A stretch of 64,000 nt of DNA from Octopus sinensis (taxonomy: Eukaryota), in contig NC_042999.1 of NCBI RefSeq assembly GCF_006345805.1, positions 136,276,001-136,340,000 of the forward strand. Reading direction: 5' to 3'. The notes beneath the pieces are model-generated. The model made no database searches, had not been told where the DNA came from, and was given only the letters and a program-made list of their open reading frames with translations. Each line of letters begins with the position of its first letter. Positions within the stretch are counted from its first letter, which is position 1. Positions 37,494 to 51,900 of the stretch are shown in pieces. The position numbers were made by a program, and so were the translations under genes.

Positions 37494-40400
37494 TAAACAC
37501 ACATACACACACATATATATATATATTTTTTTAATTTGTTTATGGGAAACAAATTATATATATATATATATGTTTATATATATATATAAACACACATACA
37601 CACAAACACACATATATATATATATATAAACTCATATATATGTATATATGAAAATACACATACAAGACTGGAGATGAAGAAAAAAGGTCGGTCATACCCC
37701 TAAAATTCTTATAAAAAATTATGATTTCTGATGAACTTTTGACAAAGCAATACATGCTTTCTCCTATCAAATACTGTCTACAAATTCTTTCTGTATATAT
37801 GCTTATAAACAATTATGATTTCTGACAAACTTATAAACAATCATGAACTTGCCTATTTTGATCACTTTGTGTAACAATCTTTGTTTTTTTTTTTTACCAT
37901 CCTTGTTTTCGTATACATTCGATGCTTTCTTCCAAGGAATCTGATGCTCTTAGTTTAGTCTTTCCTTGGGGCTGGCCAGATTGGAGCAATCTTGAGTATA
38001 ACCAGCCAAAATTGCAAAGATAATATAGAACTCGACTTAGGAAAGAAAACTCCAAATGATCCGTCCTTGTTTTCTTTGTATCGTCTATCTAGATGTTTTG
38101 TTGTCCCTTTTTTGTATCACCTAACTGTCTGAATGTTTTGCGTTCTTGTCCCATTTTATATTTTTTATATATATGTATATAAATACACACACATACACAC
38201 ACACACATATATATATATACACACAATAAGTATGATCCAGGATTCCAAGTGTAGGAAGTTAGTAAGTTTCAAGCAATAGGCAGCTGGTATAGAGAACAAA
38301 AAGTGGAAAGTGTATGGTAAAATAAAAATGTATTAACATTGTAAGTCACAAACTTACAATGAGAGAGAGAGAATGTGTGCATGTATGTGCGGGTATGTAT
38401 GTAGGGTATGTATGTAGGGTATGTGTGTGTGTGTGCATGCATGCATGTGTGAGTGTGTGTATGCATTGATGTATTTATTTCCACATGTCTTTGCATTGAC
38501 TGCACTTACTGGTGACGTTTATATTCAATATTTGCAAATCGTCTGACAGCTCAGTGGTTTGTGCAAGGTCATGGAATAATATATCTTACTTGAAAACAAT
38601 GTAAATAAAATGGCATCAAGAAGGACAGCCAGCTGTAGAATATCATCTGAACAAACTTTAATCAGCCCATACCAGCATGGGAAAAATAGACAATGATTAT
38701 GTTTTTGATTTACTTCAACAGCCATGACACATCTTCTCTATCTCCAACCACATTTTATCCCCTGCAGATATTGACCTACAAATATTCAAGGTAATCAACG
38801 ACAACATCAATCTCAGCAGTCTCATAGGGTTTGCATAGGTCACAGACTCTGCTCCTATCTTTTCTGATTATGTGATCTAAAGAAAAGTTAAGATTGCAAT
38901 TGCATTCTTCATTTTCTTTATCTTATACTGTATGTGTGTGTCTGTGTGTGAGTGTGTGTGCATATGTGTGTATGTGCATGTATATTTGTGTGTGCGCATG
39001 TGTGTGCACGTGCATGTATATTTGTGTGTGTGAGAGAGAGAGTGTATGTATAACGCAAAATTACAGAAAATCCTGTACATTTCTTTTCTTGTCTATACTA
39101 TTTTCATTTTCACAGATCAGTTGTCCAGCTATAATAATCTCTATATAATATCTACATATTTTTCTTTAACTGTTGCCTATAAGAATATAAAGAATTTTTA
39201 GTAGAAACATAGGACAAGGAAGGAAATTAGATTAGTTATTTCATGTGAAATTTCAAAGTATAGTAATTGGTGGAAATAAGCAAGTGAAGATATACATAAT
39301 AACACAGTTTTGAAAAAGGATTGTCCTTCTGTTAAGTGTTTTTGACATTAATGCAATATATTTGGCTGCTCTTCTCAGCAACACTTGTCAAGACAATGGG
39401 GATTAAAAGCTATCAAAATCCAAAAATAAAATGAAGATAGACGTAGATTTATTTAAATGAATGAACAGTCAGTGTCACTGCAAGATCTTTTCAAATTACC
39501 TGACTGAACAGTAAAGACTCATACAGTAACACACTAGATTTACCAAGTCAGAAATATTCTAAATTTTCTCACAATCTCTTCTACAGTCAAAACAATGATT
39601 TTGGCTCTTCTAAACTAACAAGTTGTATATTATTATGTTAATGTATCCCTCATCATTATTGTCTTATTGACCCAAAACTCTAAACTAAATACTACAATAA
39701 ATTCTTCTTCAGAGGTGCAACTTTCCAAGACTTCATTATGGCTCATCTTTTTAGTAAGACATCGACCTGCAGAAGTTATCCAAGCAGTAACATAAATTGT
39801 ATCAATTTCATCAGACCCAGAGGGTTTGCAAAAGCCACGGTCACTGCTCTTTCATGTCTTACTATCTTGATATCTTTCAACCAGAATGATTTTCCTCAGC
39901 AGACTGAGAGGACTTGCAAAGGCTATGGCACTAATTCATGCTCCCCAGATAAAAAAAAAATGGAAAAAAATCATTTTCTAGAGAATGAAAATTCTTAATG
40001 TGATTAAACTGTTGTGGCTATCAATATATACATAACTGAGTTAGAATCTCAAGCCCATGTGACCAACCCATCACCTTTATTATGCCTCAGATCCCAGATT
40101 AAACATTTCATTGAGTCCTTCCTTCTCAGAAATACAACCATCTGGAATTCCTTCCCTGTCCATATTTTTTTGAGACACTAACCAACATATTTTAAGGGTG
40201 AACATCAGTAATGTCAATTCCACTAGTTTATGGCAACCTGCAAAGATCCTTTTACCAGCTTATTGAATATAAGTGTGTTATTATTTTGTTTGCAATGACA
40301 GAATTAGGTATAGGTGACTCAGATAAGAAGGAAGAGTGTGTTTTCACTTATGATAGATATTTTACTGGTTCTAAGCTAATATGGTATATTGTAACCTATA

Positions 40401-43134
40401 ACAAGAACACTATCAATGCACCTAATAAAATGAATTAGATGTAACCATTACCCAGTCTGAATTCACAATTTGAGCAGTATGTCAAATAGGTTCTCAGGTT
40501 ACACAGGAGGAAATATAGTGACTTTCAAAGTTCTTGTTGAGTAGGGAGTGGGGTTCATCTCTACCCAAGTAGACCAATAACACAGACTTACTTAACTCAA
40601 CCCACAGACCAATATTCTTTGTATGCTTTGTTCTGATCTAAGGCTACTTTGTTGAGAAGTTGGTTGTAAAGTGAACAGTATGTCACAATAGTATGTTGCA
40701 CATATTTTACTGAACATCATCATGCTTAATCAAAATGTATTGATAAACAGCAGCAATGAAGGTGGGTAAGGTGGACTTAGTCAGTGTTTCAGTGCTTAAA
40801 CCGCAGAATTTATTAGGGATTGTTGGTAGCCTGGTTCAGAATCTGAGCAAAATAAGTTAACTTTGGTATGAGTATGAATCAAGTAGGAGATATAGTTATT
40901 TCAGTCTGGAGTTGTACTCCTGTTTTCAACTGATCCTGATATGTCAAGGTGTTTGTGGGTGGTAGTGTATATCGTTGCAGGGACAAGTGATTTGGTACAG
41001 ACTGCAGCCATAAAATGTACTTTCCACAAACCCAAGCACCTTTCAGTATTTTTCCATTGCAATTACAGGTGGTTCACAGATGTGACTAGTGTATTCTATG
41101 CTATATTGCCAGCTGTGCTACCTCAGAATACTTTGTAATTATTTCTGTCTGGTTTGTAAACAAGTGTTACAGCTTGCATATCTTATTTCAATGTTGTTCC
41201 AGTGAGTTCATACAATGAGTTTTATTACATTTGTATTTAATTAATGTTCTGAAAGACATTGAGGGTAAGTGGGTGTATGTGATACACAGGATTTGGGTCT
41301 TCTCTGTGGTTGGAGAATGTTTTATTAAATGAGAAATAAGTGTGAGTCATAAAACAATTCTCTTCAGTATTGCTGATACATAATGTAATGCAGGATTTGT
41401 TTAGCATTAGCATTACTGTTAAACTATAGTTCAAACAAAGATTCTAATTTGCAGATATATATGGTTTATGTTGATTCGCACTTGTATCTGAGGAACTGTG
41501 AATAAGTGGGGTTTTTTATGACACGGCTGAGATGTTAGATGTACATTGAATGGAAATGTGTAATTTGAAGACACAATAGCATAACAGAAAAAATCTGGTG
41601 GCTATTGAAAAAAATTGTTATATTTAATATAAACTGGGCCTCCTAAGAATCATTAGCTTCCTGATGATTTTTGATTCAAAGTATTGCTGTTGTAGTCACA
41701 TGCTCTGAGACAAATCTAAACTGAAGTTGCTTGTCTTTATCTAATCTAGAGTAAAACTTAATGAAGTTGTCTGTATTCTTTTGAGACAACTTGTTTACAC
41801 TGATGTTTGATTCCAGACTAATTTCTTCATTGGCAGATTCAGTAGTTAAATGAAGGCTCCATGTCAAATCCCTAGCCTATCTCAGGAAATATCAAGTAAT
41901 CAAAACATTGTATCAGAATCTATGATAATGAATAGTGGAGATGAGAAAAACAGTCCAAAATCAAAGAAGCATCAATTGAATGAAGTCTTTCCAAATACAT
42001 TGTGCTACAGAAGACAAGAATTCTGTTAACATCTTAAAATATGTTTCCCAGGAGAATTTGCTTGTCTTTTTAAGTTATATTTTTCACTATCAACCATGAA
42101 TGCAGTAAAAAAAGGCCAACTTCATGTATATTAAACCCCTCCCCTCTAAAAAAAGTGTGTTTGATAGAGTTTTAGCTTGACTTTAAATAGTTCAAGGTGG
42201 AAAACAGTCTTGTGAAAATAAATAGATCATGCTGGAAAAGGAAAGCGAAAGTCAAAATAATTATAGTTATAGGTGAATATTTCAGAAATGTGATCATGAT
42301 TGATAAGGTGTTTGAAGTCCAAGTAATTGTTCCTAAATTGTTGATATTTTATTCAAATACATGTAGAATGGTAATAGAGAATCTGAGATTCTGTGTGGGA
42401 GGCACTCACATCTTTCACTTTTGAGAATGAAGAGAATTACAAGGAAGAAGAGAACTCAAATGAGCTGGTTTAAACCAACAAACATAGCAAACACAAATTA
42501 TAGCAATTCATGCAACAAATGTAATTCCTCCCACAATACTAAAGATAAAACAGTGCCAAGTTTGGTTTGCTTTCAAATGAGCAATTATTTATATAATATG
42601 CATGTGGGTACTTTTCAACTGATATAGCAGCTAATCACCTCTGGGCTGAGTAGCCCACACCAGCATAGAAAAGCTGATAAAAGGATGATAATGATGGTGG
42701 TGGTGGTGGTAGTAGTGATGGTGATAGTGAAAGTGGTGGTGGTGGTGATGATGATGATGATGATGATTACCCCCTGCAACATAATGCTACAGTAGATTAA
42801 GTATTTTGCCTTTGTTCTAAACCACTGATTCATAACATTTTTTCATCTATATTCCCATGTTCTTTGAAGCTCTATAATAAGCACTCAAGCCTTGCAACCT
42901 TAGATGTAAAATTTTATCTACAACATACACAGTGCCTATTGGTTTGTTATTAAGATCAAGACAGAAGTTTTCTGCTCTAACTATCAGATTTATGAATTTT
43001 GGTCTCGATTTTACATTAGTTTCGTCCAAATGTACAATTTTAAAAAAAAAAGTCTTTTTAACCAATAAAAAGTTTCCTCTCCAATTAAATCATCTCATGT
43101 CCCCATCCCACATTGAAAATGTTTGGCCTTATTC

Positions 43135-43925
43135 TTTTATTCCTCTACTTGTTTCAGTCATTTGAATGCGGTCATGCTGGAGCATTGCCGTAAAGGGCTT
43201 TTTAGTCAAAGAAATTAACCCCAGGACTTACTCTTTGTAAGCCTAGTACTTATTCTATTGGTCTATTTTGCTGAACTGTTTGTTAAGTTACGGTGACATA
43301 AAAACACCGACATTGGTTGAAAAGTGGTGGGGGACAACAAACAGAGACACAATTACATACATACATATACAACAGGCTTCCTTCAGTTTCCATCTACCAA
43401 ATCCAGGTTTTGGTCAGCCTGAGGCTATAGTAGAAGACACTTGCCCAAGGTGCCACCCAATGGGACTGAACTTGGAACTATGTGGTTGGGAAGCAAGCTT
43501 CTTACCACACAGCCATGTCTGTGCCTAATGTACAATTTGTTTTTTTTTTTAAATGTCTTTTTAACCAGTGAAAAGTTTCCTTTCCAATTGAATAATCTCT
43601 TATGCTCCCATCCTTTGTTAAAAATGTTCAGCCTTAACCAGTTTATTTTACTTTTATCAGTCATTAGACTTGAAGGGTTTAGTTGAACAAATCAACCCCA
43701 AGTACTTATTCTATCTGTCAGTTATTGCTGAACCACTAAGTTATGGCAAGAGGTGGTGGGGAACAAATAGAACCAAAACACATACACATGCAGCAGGCTT
43801 CTTTCAGTTTCCATCTACCAAATCCACTCACAGTTTCAGTTGGCCCAAAGCTATAGTACAAGACCCTTGCCCAGTGTGTCACACAGTGATATTGAATCTA
43901 AGACCACATGGTTGGGAAGCTTGTA
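43135..43925 (-). mobile_element. Two family-A SINEs
   Basis: Matches at about 43135-43520 and 43670-43925. Confidence 0.7.
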
Positions 43926-44779
43926 CATACATCCTTGCTGAATGTATAAGTCAGTGATCACAAAGATATTAAGGTGTACTAATGTTTCCTGAATCTTAAA
44001 TGGTCTTTAATATACCTGTTAATAAAAGAATATTTCTGTATATATCAATTTTTTCAAAGGAATTAGTGATAGTTAAATCATCATCATCAACTACATATTA
44101 AATTAAAAGAACACTTTTCCTCCTAGAAATACCGTAAATAATTTAATGATGGCCTTTGGTCAGTGCAAACTGAAGAGAAATGAGAGGAGTATGAAAGGCT
44201 GAGTGTAAGAGAGAGATGAGAGAACTTTTGGGATTTAAGGATATCAACTGATGTATATAGCAGAGATGAACATACTGATGGAAACATGTAATGTAAATGT
44301 ATGATGACAGTGGGGAGAAAAGTGTTGTGAACTGATGATCAAAGGTACTTGTGTAAAAGGAGCAGTTAGAAAGAAGTGGTGAAATTCAATCTTAGGAGAC
44401 TGGGCTTCAACGAAGAAACTATGAGTCACCTGATTAGTGATATTCCATACAGTACGTCTGTTCTGCAAATGACAACATAGGAAAATGAATATTAAAATAA
44501 CAATGCTGATTTAAATTTTAGTGACTTTTCTCCAAAATTTTCTCACCCACTTTTTACCTATCTTTTACTTGATTCACTTATTAGACTGTGGCCATACTGG
44601 GGCACCACCTTGAAGAACTTTTAATTGAATGACTAGACCCCAGTACTTATTTTTGTTAAGCCTGTTGATTATTCTATCAGGTTTCTTTTTGCCAAACTGC
44701 TAAGTTACAAGGACATAAACACATCAAAACCAGTTATCAAGTTGTAATGGAGGACAAACACAGACACAAAGACACACAC

Positions 44780-45490
44780 ACATCATCATCATCATTTAGT
44801 GTCTGCTTTCAATGCTGGCATGGGTTAGATGGTTTGACTGGAACTGGCAAACCAGAGAGCTGTACCTTGTTGCAGTCTGATTTGGCTTGGTTTCTATGGC
44901 AGGATACCTTTCTTAACACCAACCACTCCAAGAATGTACTGGGTGCTTTTTACATGTCACCAGCACTGGTCACAACTATGATTTCATTTGGTTTGACGAG
45001 TCTTCTCAAGCATAGCAAATCACCAAAGCACTTGATCACTTGCCATTGCCTCTGTGAGACCCAACATTTGAAGATTATGCTTCACCACCTCATCCCATGT
45101 CTTTCTGGGTTTACTTCTTCCACAGGTTCCCTTTGCAGTTAAAACATGGCACTTCTTTATGCAGCTGTCCTTGTTCATACCCATCACTTGACCATACCTG
45201 GGCAGTCATCTCCCTTGTACACCACATCTGATGCCTCTTATGCCCAATTTTTCTCTCAAGACACTTACACTCTGTCATATATGCACACAGACACTGAACA
45301 TCCAGCGAATCATACTAGCTTTGTTTCTTTCAAGCCTTCACATATCCTCTGCAGTCACAACCCATGTTTCAGTGCCATGTAGTATGGCTGCTCGCACAGA
45401 GGCATAATACAATCTGCTTTTCACTCTGAGGGAGAGGCCCTTTGTTACCAACAAAGATGGAATCTCTCTGAACTTTGCCCAACCTATCTA
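44780..45490 (-). mobile_element. RTE-clade LINE 3' fragment with (GAT)n tail
   Basis: Decayed GWAKFRE..LLVTKGLSLRVK...HGTETWVVTAEDM.RLERN...RWYGQVM...VEGTCGR motifs, followed by the typical GGCATTAGGAAGGGCATCC-like tail ending in ATG repeats. Confidence 0.75.
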
Positions 45491-45522
45491 CACTTTTGGA
45501 GCATCCAGCTCCACTGCTGACT

Positions 45523-45553
<31 letters not shown>

Positions 45554-45699
45554 CAGGATTCTTTCAGTTTCTGTCTATGAAATCCACTTACAAGGCTATA
45601 GTAGAAAACATTCACCCAAGGTGCCACAAAGTGGAACTGAACCCAGAACTGTGTGTTTGGAAAGCAGACTTCTTACAACACAGCTACACCTGTGCCTAC

Positions 45700-46010
45700 G
45701 AACTTCTTTGGTTACTATTTTACTCCGATGGACCACCATTGCTACTTGAAGTTTAGATACTAATTTTATAGATACTTCATTAACTTCTCACAAAATTTCA
45801 TGCATTCACTCGTGTAAGATGAACTATGTAAAACATCAGAGAAAGAAACCAAGCTGGCTTTTGCAATAAATACATCTAAAGCGAAATCTTTCCATGGGTT
45901 CTTAATATATTACTGTGGATCCCTAATTTACAACTTTGCTTTTGTGGACCCCACCATAAAATCTTATATAGGCCTCCAGGGGTCATATGGACCCTGATTG
46001 AGAACCACTG
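45700..46010 (+). mobile_element. Second copy of the same hAT element, left end lost
   Basis: Aligns to 8940-9247 and ends GATTGAGAACCACTG. Confidence 0.7.
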
Positions 46011-46354
46011 CTGTAGATGAAATATAATCAAAGAGTTAGATTCTTTGATAGGAATCAAAAAAATAGAAAGCCATGAGATCTGCATATGCTATAAATGTAA
46101 GATTCTAATGAATACTGATGACTAACAGTCACACAAAGGTATAAATATAAAATGAAGCGTGTAGCTGATTGAATCAATCTCAGAGATTGACCTATAATTA
46201 TTTTATCAACTCCCAAAAGATGAAAACAAAAACTGGTTTGAACAGGATCTGAATAGAAAGGAATGTAAATAAATACAAGTCCAGTTACCTGCCATGTTTT
46301 TCCACTCCTCTAAGCTTGTCATACTGCATACCAAACATATAATCAAGATATATT

Positions 46355-46710
46355 ATCTTTTACTTGTTTCAGTCATTGGACTGCAGCAATGCTGGGGTAC
46401 CACCTTGAACAAAATAACTCATTTTTAAATCTGTCTTGTACTTATTCTATCAGACTATTTTACCAAACAACTAAGTTACAGATACATAAACTAACCAACA
46501 CCAGTTGTCAAATGTTAAGACACACACATAGACACGTGCACATGCACACACACAACAGACTTCTTTCAGTTTCCATCTGCCATATTCACTCACAAGGTTT
46601 TGATCAGACCAGAGCTTTAGTATAAGATGCTTGCCAAAGCTACCATGCAGGGGCACTGAACCTAAGACCTCATAGTTGGGAAGCAAGTTTTTTTAACCAC
46701 ACAACCATGC
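46355..46710 (-). mobile_element. Family-A SINE
   Basis: Diverged full-length match. Confidence 0.7.
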
Positions 46711-47392
46711 ATGTGTCTATATAACCAAAATGCTGCCATAAACCAAGATGCTGCCTCAACTTCAATACAGAAACATACTTAAAGATATACTTCAAAAATT
46801 TCAGGGTGTTATTGCTAGTCAACTCTGAAGTAGGAAGAAGAAAAGAGATATATTTGACTTAAATGGGTATCTATGATTTATATATCCCCACTTTCTCATG
46901 TTCATCTGACTCTACAGTAAGAATCTCCTTACATGAAGAAATAATTTTAATCCAAGAACATTACACAAATCTGTGTAATAAGTAAAAAGCAAAAAACCAA
47001 AACCAAATAAACTATATTACCATTCCCATATAAATAATCCTTCAATACCTTATCTCAAAATATTGCAAAAGATACCATTTATATTATGAATTAGTCTCAT
47101 AAGTCAGTGGGCTGGCAGAACCATTAATATGATGGGCTTAGCGGTATTTCACCTGTCTTTATGTTCTGAGTTCAAATTCTGCAGAGGCTGACTTTGCTTT
47201 TCATCCTTTTGGGGTCACAAAAATAAGTGCTAGCTGAGCACTAGAGTTGATGTAATCAACTTAGCCCCTTCCCCAAAATTGGTGGCCTTGTGCCAAAATT
47301 TGAAACCAATATACCCTTGTAAACATTTAGTGTGAGATCTGATTTATAAAGTAAAATGTTATATGTACTTTTATATATATATATATATATAT

Positions 47393-47619
47393 CTTTTACT
47401 CTTTTACTTGTTTCAGTCATTTGACTGTGGCTATGCTGGAGCACCATCTTTAGTCGAGCAAATCAAGCCCAGGATTTATTCTTTGTAAGCCTAGTACTTA
47501 TTCTATTGGTCGCTTTTGCCGAACTGCTAAGTTACGGGGACGTAAACACACCAGCATCGGTTGTCAAGCGATGTTGGGGGGAACAAACACAGACACACAA
47601 ACATACACACACACACACA

Positions 47620-47654
<35 letters not shown>

Positions 47655-47825
47655 CACACACACATATACGACAGGCTTTTTTCAGTTTCCATCTACCAAA
47701 TCCACTCACAAGGCTTTGGTCGGCCCGAGGCTATAGTAGAAGACACTTGCCCAAGGTGCCACACAGTGGGACTGAACCCAGAACCATGCGGTTCATAAGC
47801 AAACTACTTACCACACAGCCACTCC
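47393..47825 (-). mobile_element. tRNA/CORE-type SINE family A, near-consensus copy (at least 25 copies or fragments in the window)
   Basis: Head GGAGTGGCTGTGTGGTAAG...GGTTCAGTCCCACTG, CORE-like ACCTTGGGCAAGTGTCTT, internal (TA/TG)n, and tail ending GACTGAAACAAGTAAAAGA. Confidence 0.85.
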
Positions 47826-48053
47826 TAAACCTATAATACTGGTATCATGAAAAAGGTACCAAGAACACTATAAATTAGTTGGCATTAGGAAGGAAGGGCA
47901 TCCAGCCATAAAAATCCATAACAAATCTAAGACATCAGAGCACAATGTGTAGTCATGTAACATTTTGGATCCTATCAAACTGTTCAACTTATGTCAGTAT
48001 GGAAGGTGGATGTAAAATAATGATGATAATATATATACATGCATACATATAAT

Positions 48054-48090
<37 letters not shown>

Positions 48091-48489
48091 CACACACACA
48101 TATACGACAGGCTTTTTTCAGTTTCCATCTACCAAATCCACTCACAAGGCTTTGGTCGGCCCGAGGCTATAGTAGAAGACACTTGCCCAAGGTGCCACAC
48201 AGTGGGACTGAACCCAGAACCATGCGGTTCATAAGCAAACTACTTACCACACAGCCACTCCTAAACCTATAATACTGGTATCATGAAAAAGGTACCAAGA
48301 ACACTATAAATTAGTTGGCATTAGGAAGGAAGGGCATCCAGCCATAAAAATCCATAACAAATCTAAGACATCAGAGCACAATGTGTAGTCATGTAACATT
48401 TTGGATCCTATCAAACTGTTCAACTTATGTCAGTATGGAAGGTGGATGTAAAATAATGATGATAATATATATACATGCATACATATAAT

Positions 48490-48520
<31 letters not shown>
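47620..48520. repeat. 436 bp direct tandem duplication bounded by (CA)n(TA)n
   Basis: ACAGGC at 47671 and 48107; the unique parts appear identical. Confidence 0.9.
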
Positions 48521-48546
<26 letters not shown>

Positions 48547-48662
48547 GTTAATCCAAACATGAAAACACAAAGAGAAAACAGAACAATGCGAGGACGTGGA
48601 ACAAATATAGTATTATTGGACACTCAGGAAGGAAGGGAAGAAGGAGGGTTTTACGTTTCGAG

Positions 48663-48694
<32 letters not shown>

Positions 48695-48911
48695 GTGTGT
48701 GTGTGTGTGGTGTGTGTGTGTGTATACATCAAGAGTTACGGAATGGAGTAGGTAAGATCCAGGCTACATATGTTTCGTAGTGAATAGAACCTCAGAAGTG
48801 GAAAATATCCAGGTAAGGTGTATACCACAGGCTACTATTCAGGCCAAAGATATCTTTGCTGCAAGGAGGTACATCTTAATGCATGGAAGATTCAATCAGA
48901 ATAAGCTTATA

Positions 48912-48944
<33 letters not shown>

Positions 48945-51900
48945 GAGAGAGTAAAACACTAAAGTGCTCAATACACATTCTAGAGAATCTTGTAGAATGT
49001 TTTGTACATATGTTTTGTATATGTTGTTAGTTCCATACCATGACCTCATGCTGATGTACAGTTATTTGGAAACAGCAATCTTGGAATAATGAAGAGAACC
49101 AAAAGACAAGTTAATTTTCTCTCTGACATCTAGAAATGAAGAGATCAGACTGAATACAATAATTACTCTACAAATTATAATTAGCAAACTAGAACCATTG
49201 TGCAGATGACTTGTAGGATGATTCCTAAGAACATTTTGAAGAGAACAAAAAGTCATGTTGATCTTAAAGACAGTTGTTTTCAGTTATCTCGACTACTGCT
49301 ATGAACTATAGTCTCTACAGTATCAAGTTCACTAATGACCTGGAGGCAATCTAACAGACATGCATGAAGAATATTGATACTATGCAACAGCTGTACTGCT
49401 GTAATAGGTTGAAAGAATTAAGATTATTCTCTAGAGTAATGAAGAGAAAGATATGAATCAAGTTATAATTCTTGGAAAGATTGGAAGAAAAGTAGAATTA
49501 AAAGTTGTGAAACAGCTCAAACTTTTGTTCTCACCTTCACAAGCTAAAACTAGGTTCTGCAATAACTTAAGTTTCAAAGAACCAAAGTGCTGTAATACCA
49601 CCAACCCACGTAAGTATAAGTGATCTGTATATAGTTAAATATCGGTTTCAAATTTTGGCACAAACTCAACAATTTCATGGGAGGGGTAATCAATAAGCCA
49701 GGAGAGGGTAAGTTGATTATATTGACCATCTGAAAGACTGACAGACAAAGTCGACCCTGGTGGCATTCGAAATCAGAACATAAAATAGGAAGAAATGCTG
49801 TTAGCATTTTGTTCAGCTTGCTGCCTTATATAGTAAATATTGACATGCAGTATTCTTTCTTCAAACTATTATATTATGAGTCATTTGATATTCTTTTTTG
49901 TGATCCTGATGGAAAACTAGTGTCTTCTTGTGTTCTTAATTTTATACCTCTATGTCAGAAATAGAGTGCAATCAAAACATACAAACTGCCAATGCTCTTG
50001 TCTTCCTGATGTTAAAGCTCTTATCTCCAAGTTTTTGCCTTTTGAAATATTATTTCTAGTAAAAGCATCTAGCTTGGCCTGATCTCATAACTGTGCTTCA
50101 GGTAATATGAGTTTACCAAATACCAAACTAACTTTAACCCTTTAGCATCTAAACCAGCTATATCTGGCCCTAATATTCTACTTGCAATCTCAAAGCTATG
50201 AGCTAATGCACAATTAATTTAAAGCAATGTGAATAAATAAGCATTACATTTGAATAATATAAATGTTAAAGAGTTAAGTGAAAAAACGCCACATTTACAG
50301 CAGCTGGTCATCAATGAGAACCTATAATAAAGTGAATAGTATAGCATCAGCAGTTGACTGTCCATCCAACAAGTTAATGTAAAAAGTAAAGGACTCAGAA
50401 CACACCAATAAGGTAGTGAATGAAGTGTGTTCAGTGAGTAAAGGTTTTTTATTTAATCAGATAATCCATTTTGAGACTTGATGTGTGATGTTTGTGTACC
50501 AGCACCACTACCTTAGATATGTCAGCAATACACTAATATAAGTTCAGTTGAGCTTTATAGAAAGTCTGCAACTAATCTAGATTGAAATATTTTCAAGTCC
50601 TGAAGATAAAATGAAGACTTTGAGATGCAACTTTGATATGTAGATATGAAAGCTCATCAAAGATTGCAAAGTATAGCCTTAGTAAAAGTTGTGGAGCTTC
50701 TAATTACTGATGAGTAGAGAGTGTGTAATGTTATAGGTGTACACCTTGATATATACGGTGACAGTGTTTTGGTGTTGTTAACAGAGACCATGTTAATAGT
50801 ATCCTCATTTGAGAATGATGTGTGGTGATGTGTGCAACATTATTATGGAATGAAAGAATGTATTATCTGCATATGAATGTGTTCTACTGGAGAAACCATT
50901 AAATGGGTCATTGATGCAGAGAAAGGAAAGCAAAAGATATAAATGAATACAGAAGCAAACTAAAAGATACCTCACTACTATCAGCTTCTTTTTGTTAATG
51001 AGAGTGTCAGTAAATTAATCATATTTGTTATATCTAACTTGGGGTATATTCTATGGGACAATAAAAGATTTTCCAAGATTTGGCACTGGCTGACAATAAA
51101 AATGGCAGTATGACTGTTTCTATGAGCAGACTGTATTAACAAAAAGAATTAGATCTTACCAATACTAAAAAGAAATACCCACTTTATTACAGTTTCATCT
51201 TTATTATTCTTCAGAGGTGTGTCATGCAGGTATCCACAAAACAGCAAGCTTGACTTAATTAAATAGAACAATTCTGTAAATCATCTTACCAGTTAGATAT
51301 TTCAACACCTGAAACATTCTGACAAGAGTCTGTCTTTGACTGGTACTCTTGCTTTCCCTAGTTCATTAAAAAAGAGTATTTAGAGGATGTCAAAATTATA
51401 ATTCAGTGAACAGCCTTTGTTTAGGATGTCTGGCATAATGTCATTGAAACTCTCAGTTCAGTATTTCAGACTCTATCTTTCAGACTGTGTCTTTGCAGTC
51501 AATATGGAGAAAAGACATCAAGATCCAAATACACTATGTTGTAATAAAATTGTCTCAAATAATGAGTGTAAACTAGTTCATGTAGTTGATGAGCTCCTAT
51601 CATTACTGGAAGTCTCTCATTTTATAAAGATGGTAAGAGTAAAGTCTTGAACATTTCTTGGTGAGTGTTATAGATGATCTGGAGCAACCTTGATGTTTAC
51701 CCACATGAAAGATCAGAATCTCTGAAGAACATACAAACAACTTATCTATGAAAAGCTCTAAGACAATTCAAATGTTCTTCTTGATATGGATCTGTGACAT
51801 TAATTTTTTTCATTTTCAGGTAATATGGTATAGTATGCTTTAACTGTGTTTTATGAAGTATAATAGCTCATGGAGTTGCTTTAGAATTTCTGTTTTAGCG

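Noticed and set aside
47506-48272. Recurrent ORFs such as FFQFPSTKSTHKAL and RRHLPKVPHSGTEP
   Set aside because: They are antisense readings of family-A SINE heads, repeated throughout the window.
429-48962. Numerous ORFs rich in YI, HT, CV and MYVC repeats
   Set aside because: They are translations of (TA)n, (CA)n and (TATG)n microsatellites, which lack stops in some frames.
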